Assembly: GCA_026415575.1 (NCBI GenBank)
Contig: JAOAGV010000003.1
Location: 17,616 to 81,615 of the forward strand
DNA from: Candidatus Sumerlaeia bacterium
GTDB taxonomy: Bacteria; Sumerlaeota; Sumerlaeia; JADFCW01
Reading direction: 5' to 3'
DNA length: 64,000 nucleotides
Part shown: positions 29,877 through 38,629 of the stretch, in pieces
Position numbering within the stretch: the stretch's first letter is position 1
Layout of the letters: the number at the start of each line of letters is the position of its first letter
The notes under the pieces: generated by a model
What the model was told of the DNA's origin: nothing
Databases searched by the model: none
What the model saw: the letters and a program-made list of their open reading frames with translations, nothing else
Made by a program: the position numbers and the translations under genes

Positions 29877-30923
29877 ATGAAAAGGCAAGAAGTGTATTTA
29901 AAGGCTGTGCTGGTGCTCGCGATGTCGGTTGTGTTGAATTCACTGGCATTGCCACAAGGGCCGGTGGCCCATTGGCCGCTGGATGGCAACGGCAACGACA
30001 TCAGCGGGAACAACCTGCACGGCACGCTCAACGGTAATGTGACGCCTACGTCCGACCGTCTGGGGATCAACAACAAGGCGATGCGGTTTGGTGGCGGGGC
30101 CAATGACTATATTACTGTGCCGGACAGTCCGCCGCTGCAAATCACGGGCGCGCTGACGTTGGCCGGCTGGGCGTATCTGACGACGACAACGAACAACCCG
30201 CGGATTGTGGCCAAGGGCGGGGCCAGTGGACAGCGCTGCTGGGGGCTATGCGTCGAGGGGGCATCGGGCGGCATTGTACGGCCGGGGAATTTTCAGATCG
30301 CCTCGAACTCGACCACCAACCTCAGCTGCCTGACATCCGGCCCTGTTCCGTTGAACCAGTGGTTCCATCTGGCCGGTGTGTTCCGCCCCGGTGTGGCTAT
30401 GGAGATTTATCTCAACGGGCGGCTGAGCCGCACATCGGCCACGGTTCGCACTACGCACTTCAACAATACGCTTGGCGTGATGATCGGCAATCGCGCCGGC
30501 GCCACCAATGTGGGCTGGAAGGGCGATTTGGATGATATCCGGGTTTATGATCGTGCATTGAGTGCGGCGGAAATTGCCGCACTGGCCGTTTATGCCCCGG
30601 TCACCACGCCGTCGGCACCCACGCTGACGCGCGCGCAGGCGGGCGACCGACAGGTGTTGCTGGAATGGACTGCCCCTTCGGGCACGGTGAACGGCTATCG
30701 GGTGTATCGGAGCCAGACCAGCGGCGGGCCCTATACGCTTGCAACCAGTACGACCACGCAGTTGACGGCCACGGTCACGGGGTTGACCAACGGCACGACG
30801 TATTATTTTGTGGTGCGGGCCTACAACTCGGCGGGCGAAAGCCCCAATTCCAACCAGTTGTCGGCAACGCCGGAATCGGGCGTGAGCTTGGGTACGCGCC
30901 GCTGGGAATTGTATGAACGATAA
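29877..30923 (+). CDS. Secreted LamG-like jellyroll + fibronectin type III protein
   Basis: Sec signal; AHWPLDGN, QWFHLAG, YLNG, GDLDDIRVYDRALSAAEI; FN3 (W..P....GYRVYRS, LTNGTTYYFVVRAYN..GES..SN); AGGAG RBS. Confidence 0.87.
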   Translation: MKRQEVYLKAVLVLAMSVVLNSLALPQGPVAHWPLDGNGNDISGNNLHGTLNGNVTPTSDRLGINNKAMRFGGGANDYITVPDSPPLQITGALTLAGWAYLTTTTNNPRIVAKGGASGQRCWGLCVEGASGGIVRPGNFQIASNSTTNLSCLTSGPVPLNQWFHLAGVFRPGVAMEIYLNGRLSRTSATVRTTHFNNTLGVMIGNRAGATNVGWKGDLDDIRVYDRALSAAEIAALAVYAPVTTPSAPTLTRAQAGDRQVLLEWTAPSGTVNGYRVYRSQTSGGPYTLATSTTTQLTATVTGLTNGTTYYFVVRAYNSAGESPNSNQLSATPESGVSLGTRRWELYER

Positions 30924-31055
30924 TCAGTTTTGCCACTGAAGGGCGCCGGCGGGTAGCGGCGTCGCGCAGGCGCGCCAAAAAGCTGTTTTCCATCCGAACC
31001 AAATACGTGTTGTTTCGGGGCAGGGGGAAAGGGAGAAAAATGTAGTTCAATCGGC

Positions 31056-31074
31056 TTGTAATACAAACATACAA
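31056..31074. promoter_or_regulatory. Candidate GntR-type operator upstream of pilin-like gene
   Basis: Palindrome TTGTA-A-TACAA (31056-31066) plus extra ATACAA half-site; TTGACA at 31091. Confidence 0.45.
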
Positions 31075-31193
31075 GGCATGACGATTTTGCTTGACAGCCC
31101 GCGGCAGTTTAAGGACGAGTTGCCAATAGAACGAGCGGGACAAGGGGTTTTGGTATTTATCCCCATATTATCATCATAAAAGGAGAACACAGC

Positions 31194-31859
31194 ATGAAAA
31201 CGCACCGGGAACAAGGATTCACCCTGATCGAGCTGCTGATTGTCGTGGCGATCATCGCCATTCTGGCGGCGATCGCCATCCCGAACTTTCTGGAGGCGCA
31301 GGTGCGCGCCAAGGTTTCGCGCGCCAAGTCGGACATGCGCTCGATCGCCACAGCCCAGGAAGCCTATATGGTGGACTGGAACTCCTATACGTATAAGGAC
31401 GCCGGGGACAACATGCAGCAGCCGACCTATATCGAAGGGCTGAAGTTCCTGACCTCGCCGATTGCGTATATTACGTCGCTTCCGCATGATTCCTTCGGCG
31501 GCTACAAGGACTCGCCCGGCTGGATGAAACCGATGTTCGAGTTTGGCTCCGGATCGGCCACCGAAAAAGTCTCGAGCGGACCGCCCGACAATCCCAACCG
31601 GCTCGGTATGCCCGCCGATACGTTCCTCATCCGGTCGGTTGGCCCCGACGCGGTGGATAACACGAACATCAACTCGTATCCGTGGCCGCCGACGCGCAGT
31701 CCGGAAGGCTTGATGAACCAGACGGGGGTCAACGCGGTGCTGTCGCAACTGTACGACCCGACCAACGGAACGGTCAGCTTTGGCGACATTTACCGTGTGG
31801 GAGGCGTGAAGCCCGAAGGTCCGCAGTTCGACGTGCTGTTTGCCGCTGCGTCCAAGTAA
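31194..31859 (+). CDS. Type IV pilin/T2SS pseudopilin-like protein (prepilin N-terminal cleavage/methylation motif)
   Basis: MKTHREQG|FTLIELLIVVAIIAILAAIAIPNF class III signal with E5; GspG-like RSVGPD motif; AAGGAG RBS. Confidence 0.92.
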   Translation: MKTHREQGFTLIELLIVVAIIAILAAIAIPNFLEAQVRAKVSRAKSDMRSIATAQEAYMVDWNSYTYKDAGDNMQQPTYIEGLKFLTSPIAYITSLPHDSFGGYKDSPGWMKPMFEFGSGSATEKVSSGPPDNPNRLGMPADTFLIRSVGPDAVDNTNINSYPWPPTRSPEGLMNQTGVNAVLSQLYDPTNGTVSFGDIYRVGGVKPEGPQFDVLFAAASK

Positions 31860-32007
31860 CCGCGTTTCGTTCGGCTGGACGCGGATTCGGCGCATTCTTT
31901 ATTGGAGAGAGGAGGAACGGACGATTGTTTTTCCTTCTCAGGAATCATGGCAAGCCAAGGAAAGGCTGGTTCCTGAGTCATTTTACATCATCCCACGAGG
32001 TGCAATC

Positions 32008-34203
32008 ATGAAAGGAAAGTGCATTCTGGCAGTTTTGGTTGTGTCCCTTTCGGCCCAGACGCTGTGGGCGCAACCCAAGCGGGTGATATTCATCCGCAAC
32101 ACCGGCGCCTCCGACTACGCGACAGCCGACGTGAACATTATCCGCGCGATTGCCACGTCCGGCTACGTCCGCTACGAGGGCTTTGGCATCCTTGGTCTTG
32201 GTTGGACGGTCACCGAGGTGCAAGAGCGAACGGATCAGCAGACATATACGGCTGCGGACACCGATTTGATTTTTGTCTCTCAGACTATCTCGTCGGGCAA
32301 TATTGAGGATCATTCGGACGATCCGGTCGGTGTAATCATGACCGAGCAGGCGCTTTACGATGACGACACCGGCAACAACTGGGCGGGGCGTCCCCGGTCG
32401 GAAATGAGTTTGTCGGACGGTGCGGCGCAAATTAACCCGATGACCCATGTCCGAATTGTGGACAACACCCATCCGATTACCAGCATCTTCACGTCCGGCA
32501 CAACAATACAGCTATTTGAGAACCGTCCGCCCAATCCGCCCCCCCAAGGCGGTGTGTCCGTTTTGCCTCTCGGCGCTGGTGTGCGGCGTCTGGCGGCGCT
32601 TTCGGCCACAGACAACCGGTTCCCGTTGGTTGCCGCCGATACCGGTGCGGCGCTTCGGCCGCGTGTGGGGACGGCACCGGCCCGCCGCGTCAACCTCGGC
32701 TACCACAACAACGCCATGGACTTTCCCACCAGCGCAGGCGTGGTGTTGTTGCTTCGCACCTGTCAGTGGGCGGCGGGTGTGACGCCGACGGTGGACTTTT
32801 CATCGGTGCAAATGGCTGCCGTGGCCTCGGCCACGCGTGCTTTCGGCTCGCCCTTCTACCAGATCGGCGATGTAACAACCGCCACCATTACCATAGTGCA
32901 CCGCGCCAACAGCAACCCCTTGATAGTCCGCGAAGTGATCCCCTCGGGCTGGACGGCGTCGGATATCAGCCATGGCGGCACGTTCAATGCCAGCACGGGT
33001 GAAATCACCTGGAACCTCAATTTTACGGGAACCACCGTGCTGCGGTATTCATTCCTGCCCAAGGCCAACGTCAACACCTCGTCGCAGTTCTCGGGCACAA
33101 CGACGGACGCGGCTGGCTTTGTCACGCAGATCATGGGTACGGTGAATCTGAACGAATTCGACGCGAAGCCAATTATTTATGTAAAATTCGTGTCGTCCAC
33201 GCCGCGGTATGATGACGTGGCGCGCAATGTGCTCGGAACGGTGGGCTACACCAGCGGCTCGATCAGCGTCAAGGGCTTGGGCTATCCGATCTGGACGCTG
33301 ACGGAAAACGATGCGGAAGAGGCCACGTCGTTCACGACCAACCACGGCGTGCTTCTGTTCATCTCGCACTCGGTCGGCACCGAAGCTAACATCGCGTATC
33401 ACACCAAGGACAATATCCCGATTCTGATGACCAAGTCGGGAATGTTCAACAACACCGCCCCGCCAATGAGTGACATGTATTTCTGCACGGGCACGAGCAG
33501 TGCGGCCGGGGCGATGGGTTTCAACATCGTCGCCACGACACACCCGATCACCTCGATCTTTCCGCTTGGATTCCTGCAGCTGTGGCGCGGCGGCGCGTCG
33601 GCGCCGGTCATCGGGGCGGGAACCGGCACGTTCGGCTCGTCGGTGATCAAGCTGGCGGGCTATCCGGTCACGCCGTTGAATCCCAACCCGACGTCGGTCA
33701 CCTTGGCTGTGGCGGAAGCGGGCGAAAGCGGCTTCATGACTCCGGCGGCTGCGCAGCCCTATGTCAGCCCCAAGCGCCGGGCCATTCTCGGCTATCAGGA
33801 GTTCACGCTGGATAACCCGACAGCCAACGGCATCTACTTGCTGCAACGCACCGCCCAGTGGTTGATCGGCGACAACGTGACGGCGGGCGCCAATGCACCG
33901 GCGGCACCGACCAACCTGACGTCGGTCCAGTCGGGCATTTCCGTTCAATTGAACTGGCAGACCGTGGCCAACGCCAACGGCTATGCAATCCAGCGCAAGG
34001 TGGGCGACACCGGCACGTATCAGGACATTGGCAAGGTGCGCTACAACACGCCGACGTTCATGGATTCGGGCGTGGGAATTGGCAAGACCTACTACTATCG
34101 CGTCCGGGCATTCAACGTGACGGGCGAAAGCGGCTACTCGAACGAGACCAGCATCACGTTCCAGCCGAGCCTGAACGTGCAGCGGTGGGAGCATTACCGC
34201 TAA
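32008..34203 (+). CDS. Secreted multidomain protein: two internally repeated alpha/beta domains, an Ig-like spacer and a C-terminal FN3
   Basis: Start MKGKCILAVLVVSLSAQTLWA (GAGG RBS, ATG 32008); THPITSIF occurs twice; PAAPTNL...W...YYYRVRAFN..GES.YSN FN3. Confidence 0.8.
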   Translation: MKGKCILAVLVVSLSAQTLWAQPKRVIFIRNTGASDYATADVNIIRAIATSGYVRYEGFGILGLGWTVTEVQERTDQQTYTAADTDLIFVSQTISSGNIEDHSDDPVGVIMTEQALYDDDTGNNWAGRPRSEMSLSDGAAQINPMTHVRIVDNTHPITSIFTSGTTIQLFENRPPNPPPQGGVSVLPLGAGVRRLAALSATDNRFPLVAADTGAALRPRVGTAPARRVNLGYHNNAMDFPTSAGVVLLLRTCQWAAGVTPTVDFSSVQMAAVASATRAFGSPFYQIGDVTTATITIVHRANSNPLIVREVIPSGWTASDISHGGTFNASTGEITWNLNFTGTTVLRYSFLPKANVNTSSQFSGTTTDAAGFVTQIMGTVNLNEFDAKPIIYVKFVSSTPRYDDVARNVLGTVGYTSGSISVKGLGYPIWTLTENDAEEATSFTTNHGVLLFISHSVGTEANIAYHTKDNIPILMTKSGMFNNTAPPMSDMYFCTGTSSAAGAMGFNIVATTHPITSIFPLGFLQLWRGGASAPVIGAGTGTFGSSVIKLAGYPVTPLNPNPTSVTLAVAEAGESGFMTPAAAQPYVSPKRRAILGYQEFTLDNPTANGIYLLQRTAQWLIGDNVTAGANAPAAPTNLTSVQSGISVQLNWQTVANANGYAIQRKVGDTGTYQDIGKVRYNTPTFMDSGVGIGKTYYYRVRAFNVTGESGYSNETSITFQPSLNVQRWEHYR

Positions 34204-34230
34204 ACTGTTGCACATTTCGCCAATGATGTA

Positions 34231-34274
34231 GCCCCGGCCGGGCGGTTCTTCCTTCCGGCCGGGGTTTCTTTTTT
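34231..34274 (+). terminator. Rho-independent terminator
   Basis: GCCCCGGCCGG / CCGGCCGGGGT stem followed by TTTCTTTTTT, about 28 nt after the stop at 34203. Confidence 0.8.
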
Positions 34275-34397
34275 CTGCTTATAGGTTCGGGGAAAGGGGC
34301 CCTCCGCATTTTTGCTTGTCATTGCGTCCCAATGCCCTCATAAACATTTCAAGAATGCGCGGGACGCTCGTGCGCCTGAAGTGGTTGTTGCAGCCGT

Positions 34398-36767
34398 ATG
34401 CAAGAAGAAAGACATCCTGCCAAGTTCGCTTCCTGTTGGCTCATACTCAGGACCTTTGTTGTTCTCTTGCTGCTCACGCCGATGCCGGCTGCGGCATCGG
34501 TCGTTATCAACGAAATCATGTATCATCCGCCGGACGACGATGAGAGCAAAGAGTATATCGAGTTACACAATACCGGTGCGACGACCGTTTCTCTGGCCGG
34601 CTGGTCGTTGGCCGATGCTGTGACCTATACCTTCCCTGTCGGCCAGACATTGCAGCCCGGTGGCTATCTGGTCGTGGCGAAATCCATTGCCTCGTTTCAT
34701 GCCCGCTATCCGGCCAGCACGGCCACGGTGATTGGCAATTACGGCGGGCAGCTGTCCAACGGCGGGGAAACGATTCTCTTATATGATACCTCGGCAACCT
34801 TGGTGGACCGGGTGGCCTACGATGACGCCGGCTACTGGCCCGAAGCAGCCGACGGCGGTGGTGCGTCGCTTGAGCTGATTCATCCGGGGCTGGACAACAA
34901 TGTGGCCCACAGCTGGGCGGCCAGCAGTCCGTCCGAAACGCCGGGATTTCGTAATTCCTGCTATGCGGCCAACCCTCCGCCATTTTTGGTATTTCCCCGC
35001 CACAGCCCGGCGGTCCCGCGTCCCAGTGATCCGATTACCGTGACCGTCCGGGCTTACGACAATTCTGCTGTAGTCTGGGTGGAATGTTCCTACAAAGATG
35101 AGGCCACGTCGCCGCCCTTTACCCAACGGGCGATGCTCGACGACGGGCTGCACGGTGATGGCGCGGCAGGCGACGGCGTCTATGGCACAACGCTTCCGCC
35201 CCAGCCCCAAGGCCGCATCCTTGAGTTTTACATGCGGGCATTTGACGACACCCTTCAAGCGCGGGCGATTCCCCCGTCCGCCCCTGCGGCCAACTTTCTT
35301 CTTCAGGTGGACGGGCAGGCTGTGATGACGACCTCGCCGGTGTATCGAATTATCATGAAGGCGGCCGACCATGCCACCTTGCACGATCCGGTCAACCGGC
35401 TGAGCAACGTGCTGCGGAATGCGACCTTTATCTGCGGCGACGAGATTTACTACACCGTCGGCGTGCGGCTGCGCGGCAAGGGGTCGCGCAGCGCCGCCCG
35501 AAAGTCCTACCGCGTTCAGTTCACGCCGCAAGAGCCGTATCACGGCATTGAAAACATGAACCTCAACGCGCAGTGGATTCGCTGCCAGTTCCTCGACATG
35601 GATCTCATGCGCCGCGCGGGCATACCGGCACCGGCAACCCAATATGCCTACCTCATCTTCAAGTATCAGGACAAGAACACCTACTATCTTTACGACGGCG
35701 TCCCGTCGGGTGAACCCAACCTGCTCATGATGGGCTGGCGCATTCAGATGCAGGACATCAACAAGGACTTTCTGCGCCAGTGGTTTCCCGGCCGCTTCGA
35801 CGGCAACCTGTATCGCGGCGTGTATGTTTCGGCGACCGAGCAGGCCGACCTGACCTACTACGGCCCCGACAAGAACCGCTATCGGCGCGCGTATGAGAAG
35901 CACACCAACGAAGCCGCTGATGATTTCTCCGATGTCATTCGCCTCTGCGATGTGTTCACCAATACGCCGGATACGTCCTTCACGGCGGCCATGCATCAAT
36001 ATATCAACCACGAGGAGTGGTTGCGGTTTTGGGCATGTCTGGCGATGATGAACATCGAGGAGACGGACATCTACAATACGCGCGGCGACGACTACTACAT
36101 GTACTTTGAGCCGAACGGCACATCCCTTCCGCGTCCGGTTCTGTTGCCGTGGGATCTTGATTCGGCGAATCTGCATCCAACCCAGACGATCTTTGCCTGC
36201 ACGCTGCCGCGCGTGCAGCGTTTCATCGAAAACCCCGACTTTACGCCCAAGTATTTTTACTATATTCAAGAAATGCTGGACCATCATTATCGCCTCGACA
36301 TCATGCTGCCGCTGATTCAATCGGTGGCACCCTACTACGGTTTCGAGACCTCGCCGGCATCCGGCGTGGCGCGCGATACGCTCACGATCCCGCAACTGAC
36401 CAGCTATGTCACGGCGCGGATTGCTTATCTGGAGAGCGTAATCTCGCGCCAGCTGACCGTGCAGGTCTCCGGCGCACAGAAGATCGGCAATTTATATGTT
36501 GCCGCGCAGCCGACGGTTCAGCTAAGCGGCCGCGGCTTGACGGCGCTGACCCGCCGCGTGCGGGTTAACGGCCACAACGCCGGCTATCAGTCGCTGACAG
36601 GCAATTGGGGCAGCTATACCCTTTCCTTGCAGCCGGGCTTGAACACGGTGGTCGTGGATTGTTTGACCACAGCGGGTGCCGTGGCCACCAGCCGGACGCT
36701 TCAGATTGTCTATGACACGTCCCCCAGCGCTGCCGTCCATCGCTGGCAGCAGTATCCGCCGGAATGA
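34398..36767 (+). CDS. Secreted lamin-tail-domain + CotH-family kinase protein
   Basis: Signal peptide; VVINEIMYHP..EYIELHN..LSNGGE..ADGGGASLEL (lamin tail); DDGLHGDGAAGDGVYG; GVRLRGKGSR..RKSY, LPWDLD (CotH). Confidence 0.85.
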   Translation: MQEERHPAKFASCWLILRTFVVLLLLTPMPAAASVVINEIMYHPPDDDESKEYIELHNTGATTVSLAGWSLADAVTYTFPVGQTLQPGGYLVVAKSIASFHARYPASTATVIGNYGGQLSNGGETILLYDTSATLVDRVAYDDAGYWPEAADGGGASLELIHPGLDNNVAHSWAASSPSETPGFRNSCYAANPPPFLVFPRHSPAVPRPSDPITVTVRAYDNSAVVWVECSYKDEATSPPFTQRAMLDDGLHGDGAAGDGVYGTTLPPQPQGRILEFYMRAFDDTLQARAIPPSAPAANFLLQVDGQAVMTTSPVYRIIMKAADHATLHDPVNRLSNVLRNATFICGDEIYYTVGVRLRGKGSRSAARKSYRVQFTPQEPYHGIENMNLNAQWIRCQFLDMDLMRRAGIPAPATQYAYLIFKYQDKNTYYLYDGVPSGEPNLLMMGWRIQMQDINKDFLRQWFPGRFDGNLYRGVYVSATEQADLTYYGPDKNRYRRAYEKHTNEAADDFSDVIRLCDVFTNTPDTSFTAAMHQYINHEEWLRFWACLAMMNIEETDIYNTRGDDYYMYFEPNGTSLPRPVLLPWDLDSANLHPTQTIFACTLPRVQRFIENPDFTPKYFYYIQEMLDHHYRLDIMLPLIQSVAPYYGFETSPASGVARDTLTIPQLTSYVTARIAYLESVISRQLTVQVSGAQKIGNLYVAAQPTVQLSGRGLTALTRRVRVNGHNAGYQSLTGNWGSYTLSLQPGLNTVVVDCLTTAGAVATSRTLQIVYDTSPSAAVHRWQQYPPE

Positions 36768-36958
36768 CCGTGTTGGCCCTTGACGGCAAAGCAGGAAAGG
36801 TCTCGCCATGTGTCGAGGCGCACAGGCTGATTTGAGCCTTGACACTTTTGCGGGCGGATTTCTAGCGTTCGCCTACATCCGTTTTGCTTCGCAAGAACGG
36901 CGAAGGGCCGAAAACGGAAGATTTCAGCACACCATTTCATTGCAGAAAGGACGCCTCG

Positions 36959-37312
36959 ATGAGTTTGAAAGCGCTGATTATCCACAGCGACGACAACGTA
37001 GCGAACTTGATCGGACCCGGCGAAAAGGGCCAGTCGGTGGTCTGCACCACCGAGGGGACATCGCAGCGGCTGACCATCCGGCTGCTGGAGGATGTTCCCC
37101 CGAACCACAAATTTGCCGTCCGCGACATCAAGGCCGGCGATGCGGTCATTAAGTATGGTCTGAATATCGGCCGCGCCTCGTGCGACATTCGGAAGGGCCA
37201 GTATGTTCACGTCCACAACATTGAGTCGAATCGCGGCCGCGGCGACTTGTCCGGAAAAACCCAGGCCGCGTGTGGCTCCCCTCGGCGGCAGAAAAAGACG
37301 GCAAAGTCCTAA
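36959..37312 (+). CDS. SAF-domain small subunit of UxaA-family dehydratase (SuyA-like)
   Basis: DDNVA, HKFAVRDI..G..VIKYG..IG.A...I..G..VHVHNIES.RGRGD. Confidence 0.88.
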   Translation: MSLKALIIHSDDNVANLIGPGEKGQSVVCTTEGTSQRLTIRLLEDVPPNHKFAVRDIKAGDAVIKYGLNIGRASCDIRKGQYVHVHNIESNRGRGDLSGKTQAACGSPRRQKKTAKS

Positions 37313-37331
37313 TGTGGCCTTCGCCCAGAAC

Positions 37332-37366
37332 CAAAGAGGTTAGAGGCAAGAGGTTAGAAATTAGAA
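37332..37366. repeat. Degenerate 7-nt tandem repeat (GTTAGAG-like)
   Basis: caaagag gttagag gcaagag gttagaa attagaa. Confidence 0.7.
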
Positions 37367-37452
37367 AATGTTTTCGCAAACGGGATAGATGTATAGATGA
37401 AATTACCAAAACTTCCCGATGAACATTATTTATCCCCTTCAGGAGGAATAAC

Positions 37453-38622
37453 GTGAGAGATTACTTTTACGGCTATCCCCGGCCCGACGGCCAGGTGGGC
37501 ATCCGCAACTATGTGCTTATGCTTAGCGGCACACTTTACGCCAACCCCACGTGTGAACGCGTGGCCTACATGGTTCAGAACACCATTCCGATTGTCCATC
37601 CTCTGGGCCGCTGTCAGATTGCACCCGATCTGGCACAAACCAAACGCACTCTGGTCGGCCACGGACTGAATCCGAACGCTGGAGCGGTGATTGTGGTGGA
37701 CCATTTCAAGGAGCAGGGCTGCACGGCCGACGAAATCGCGCACGAAATTGCCAAGAGCGGCAAACCCGTCGAAGTGGTGAACATCCGGCGGGAGGGCGGT
37801 GCCGTCAATGCACTGGCGCATGCACTGCGCGCGGCAGTCGAGTTTCAGCGCAAGATCAGCGGCCAGCAGCGCGAGCGTGTGCCGCTGAGCAAATTGATTT
37901 ACGGGATCAATTGCGGCACGAGCGACGTGACCAGCGGCTTGTCGGCCAACCGCTGCGTGGGCTGGGTGGCCGACCGCATTGTCGAGGCCGGCGGCCGCGC
38001 ACTGGTGGCCGAAACGACGGAGATGATGGGCGGCGAAGCCCTGATTCGTGCCAAGGCCAAGACGCCGGAAATCGCGCAGAAGATTCTCGACATGATTGAC
38101 CGCATGGAACAAAGCATCCTTGCCTGCGGCGTGGACGTGCGCGGCAGCCAGCCGACGGGCGACAACATCGCCGGGGGCCTTTCGACCATCGAGGAAAAGG
38201 CTATCGGTGCCATGCAAAAATGGGGAACCAAGACCATCGTCGGCGCCGTCGGCTATGCCGAACCCATCGGCCCGGAACCGGGGGTGTGGGTTATGGACAC
38301 GCCCGGCCACGGCGGCGAGAGCATCACGGGCATCTGTGCAGCCGGCGCGCAGGTGATGAGCTTTGCCACCGGCGGCGGCCACACCATCAACCACCCGCTC
38401 ATGATCACCATGCGTCTGACCGGCAATCGCGAGTCGTGGAAGAAAATGGGCGATACCATGGAGGTGGATGTGTCGGACATGTTCCGGGGTACGCCGCTGG
38501 ACAAGGCGGGCGAGCGGTTGTTCAACGAAGTCCTCGACATCTGCAACGGCAAGATGACCAAAGCCGAGGCGATGCGCGAGTTCAACGGCTTTGCCATCAA
38601 CCGCTGCGGCCCCAGCGTGTAA
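37453..38622 (+). CDS. UxaA-family dehydratase/lyase large subunit (altronate/galactarate dehydratase or SuyB-like)
   Basis: GYPRPDGQVGIRNYV, CGTSD.TSG, GG.....ETTE, GNIAGGLSTIEEK-like segment, MDTPG, FATGGG; AGGAGG RBS before GTG. Confidence 0.88.
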   Translation: MRDYFYGYPRPDGQVGIRNYVLMLSGTLYANPTCERVAYMVQNTIPIVHPLGRCQIAPDLAQTKRTLVGHGLNPNAGAVIVVDHFKEQGCTADEIAHEIAKSGKPVEVVNIRREGGAVNALAHALRAAVEFQRKISGQQRERVPLSKLIYGINCGTSDVTSGLSANRCVGWVADRIVEAGGRALVAETTEMMGGEALIRAKAKTPEIAQKILDMIDRMEQSILACGVDVRGSQPTGDNIAGGLSTIEEKAIGAMQKWGTKTIVGAVGYAEPIGPEPGVWVMDTPGHGGESITGICAAGAQVMSFATGGGHTINHPLMITMRLTGNRESWKKMGDTMEVDVSDMFRGTPLDKAGERLFNEVLDICNGKMTKAEAMREFNGFAINRCGPSV

Positions 38623-38629
38623 AACGGGA

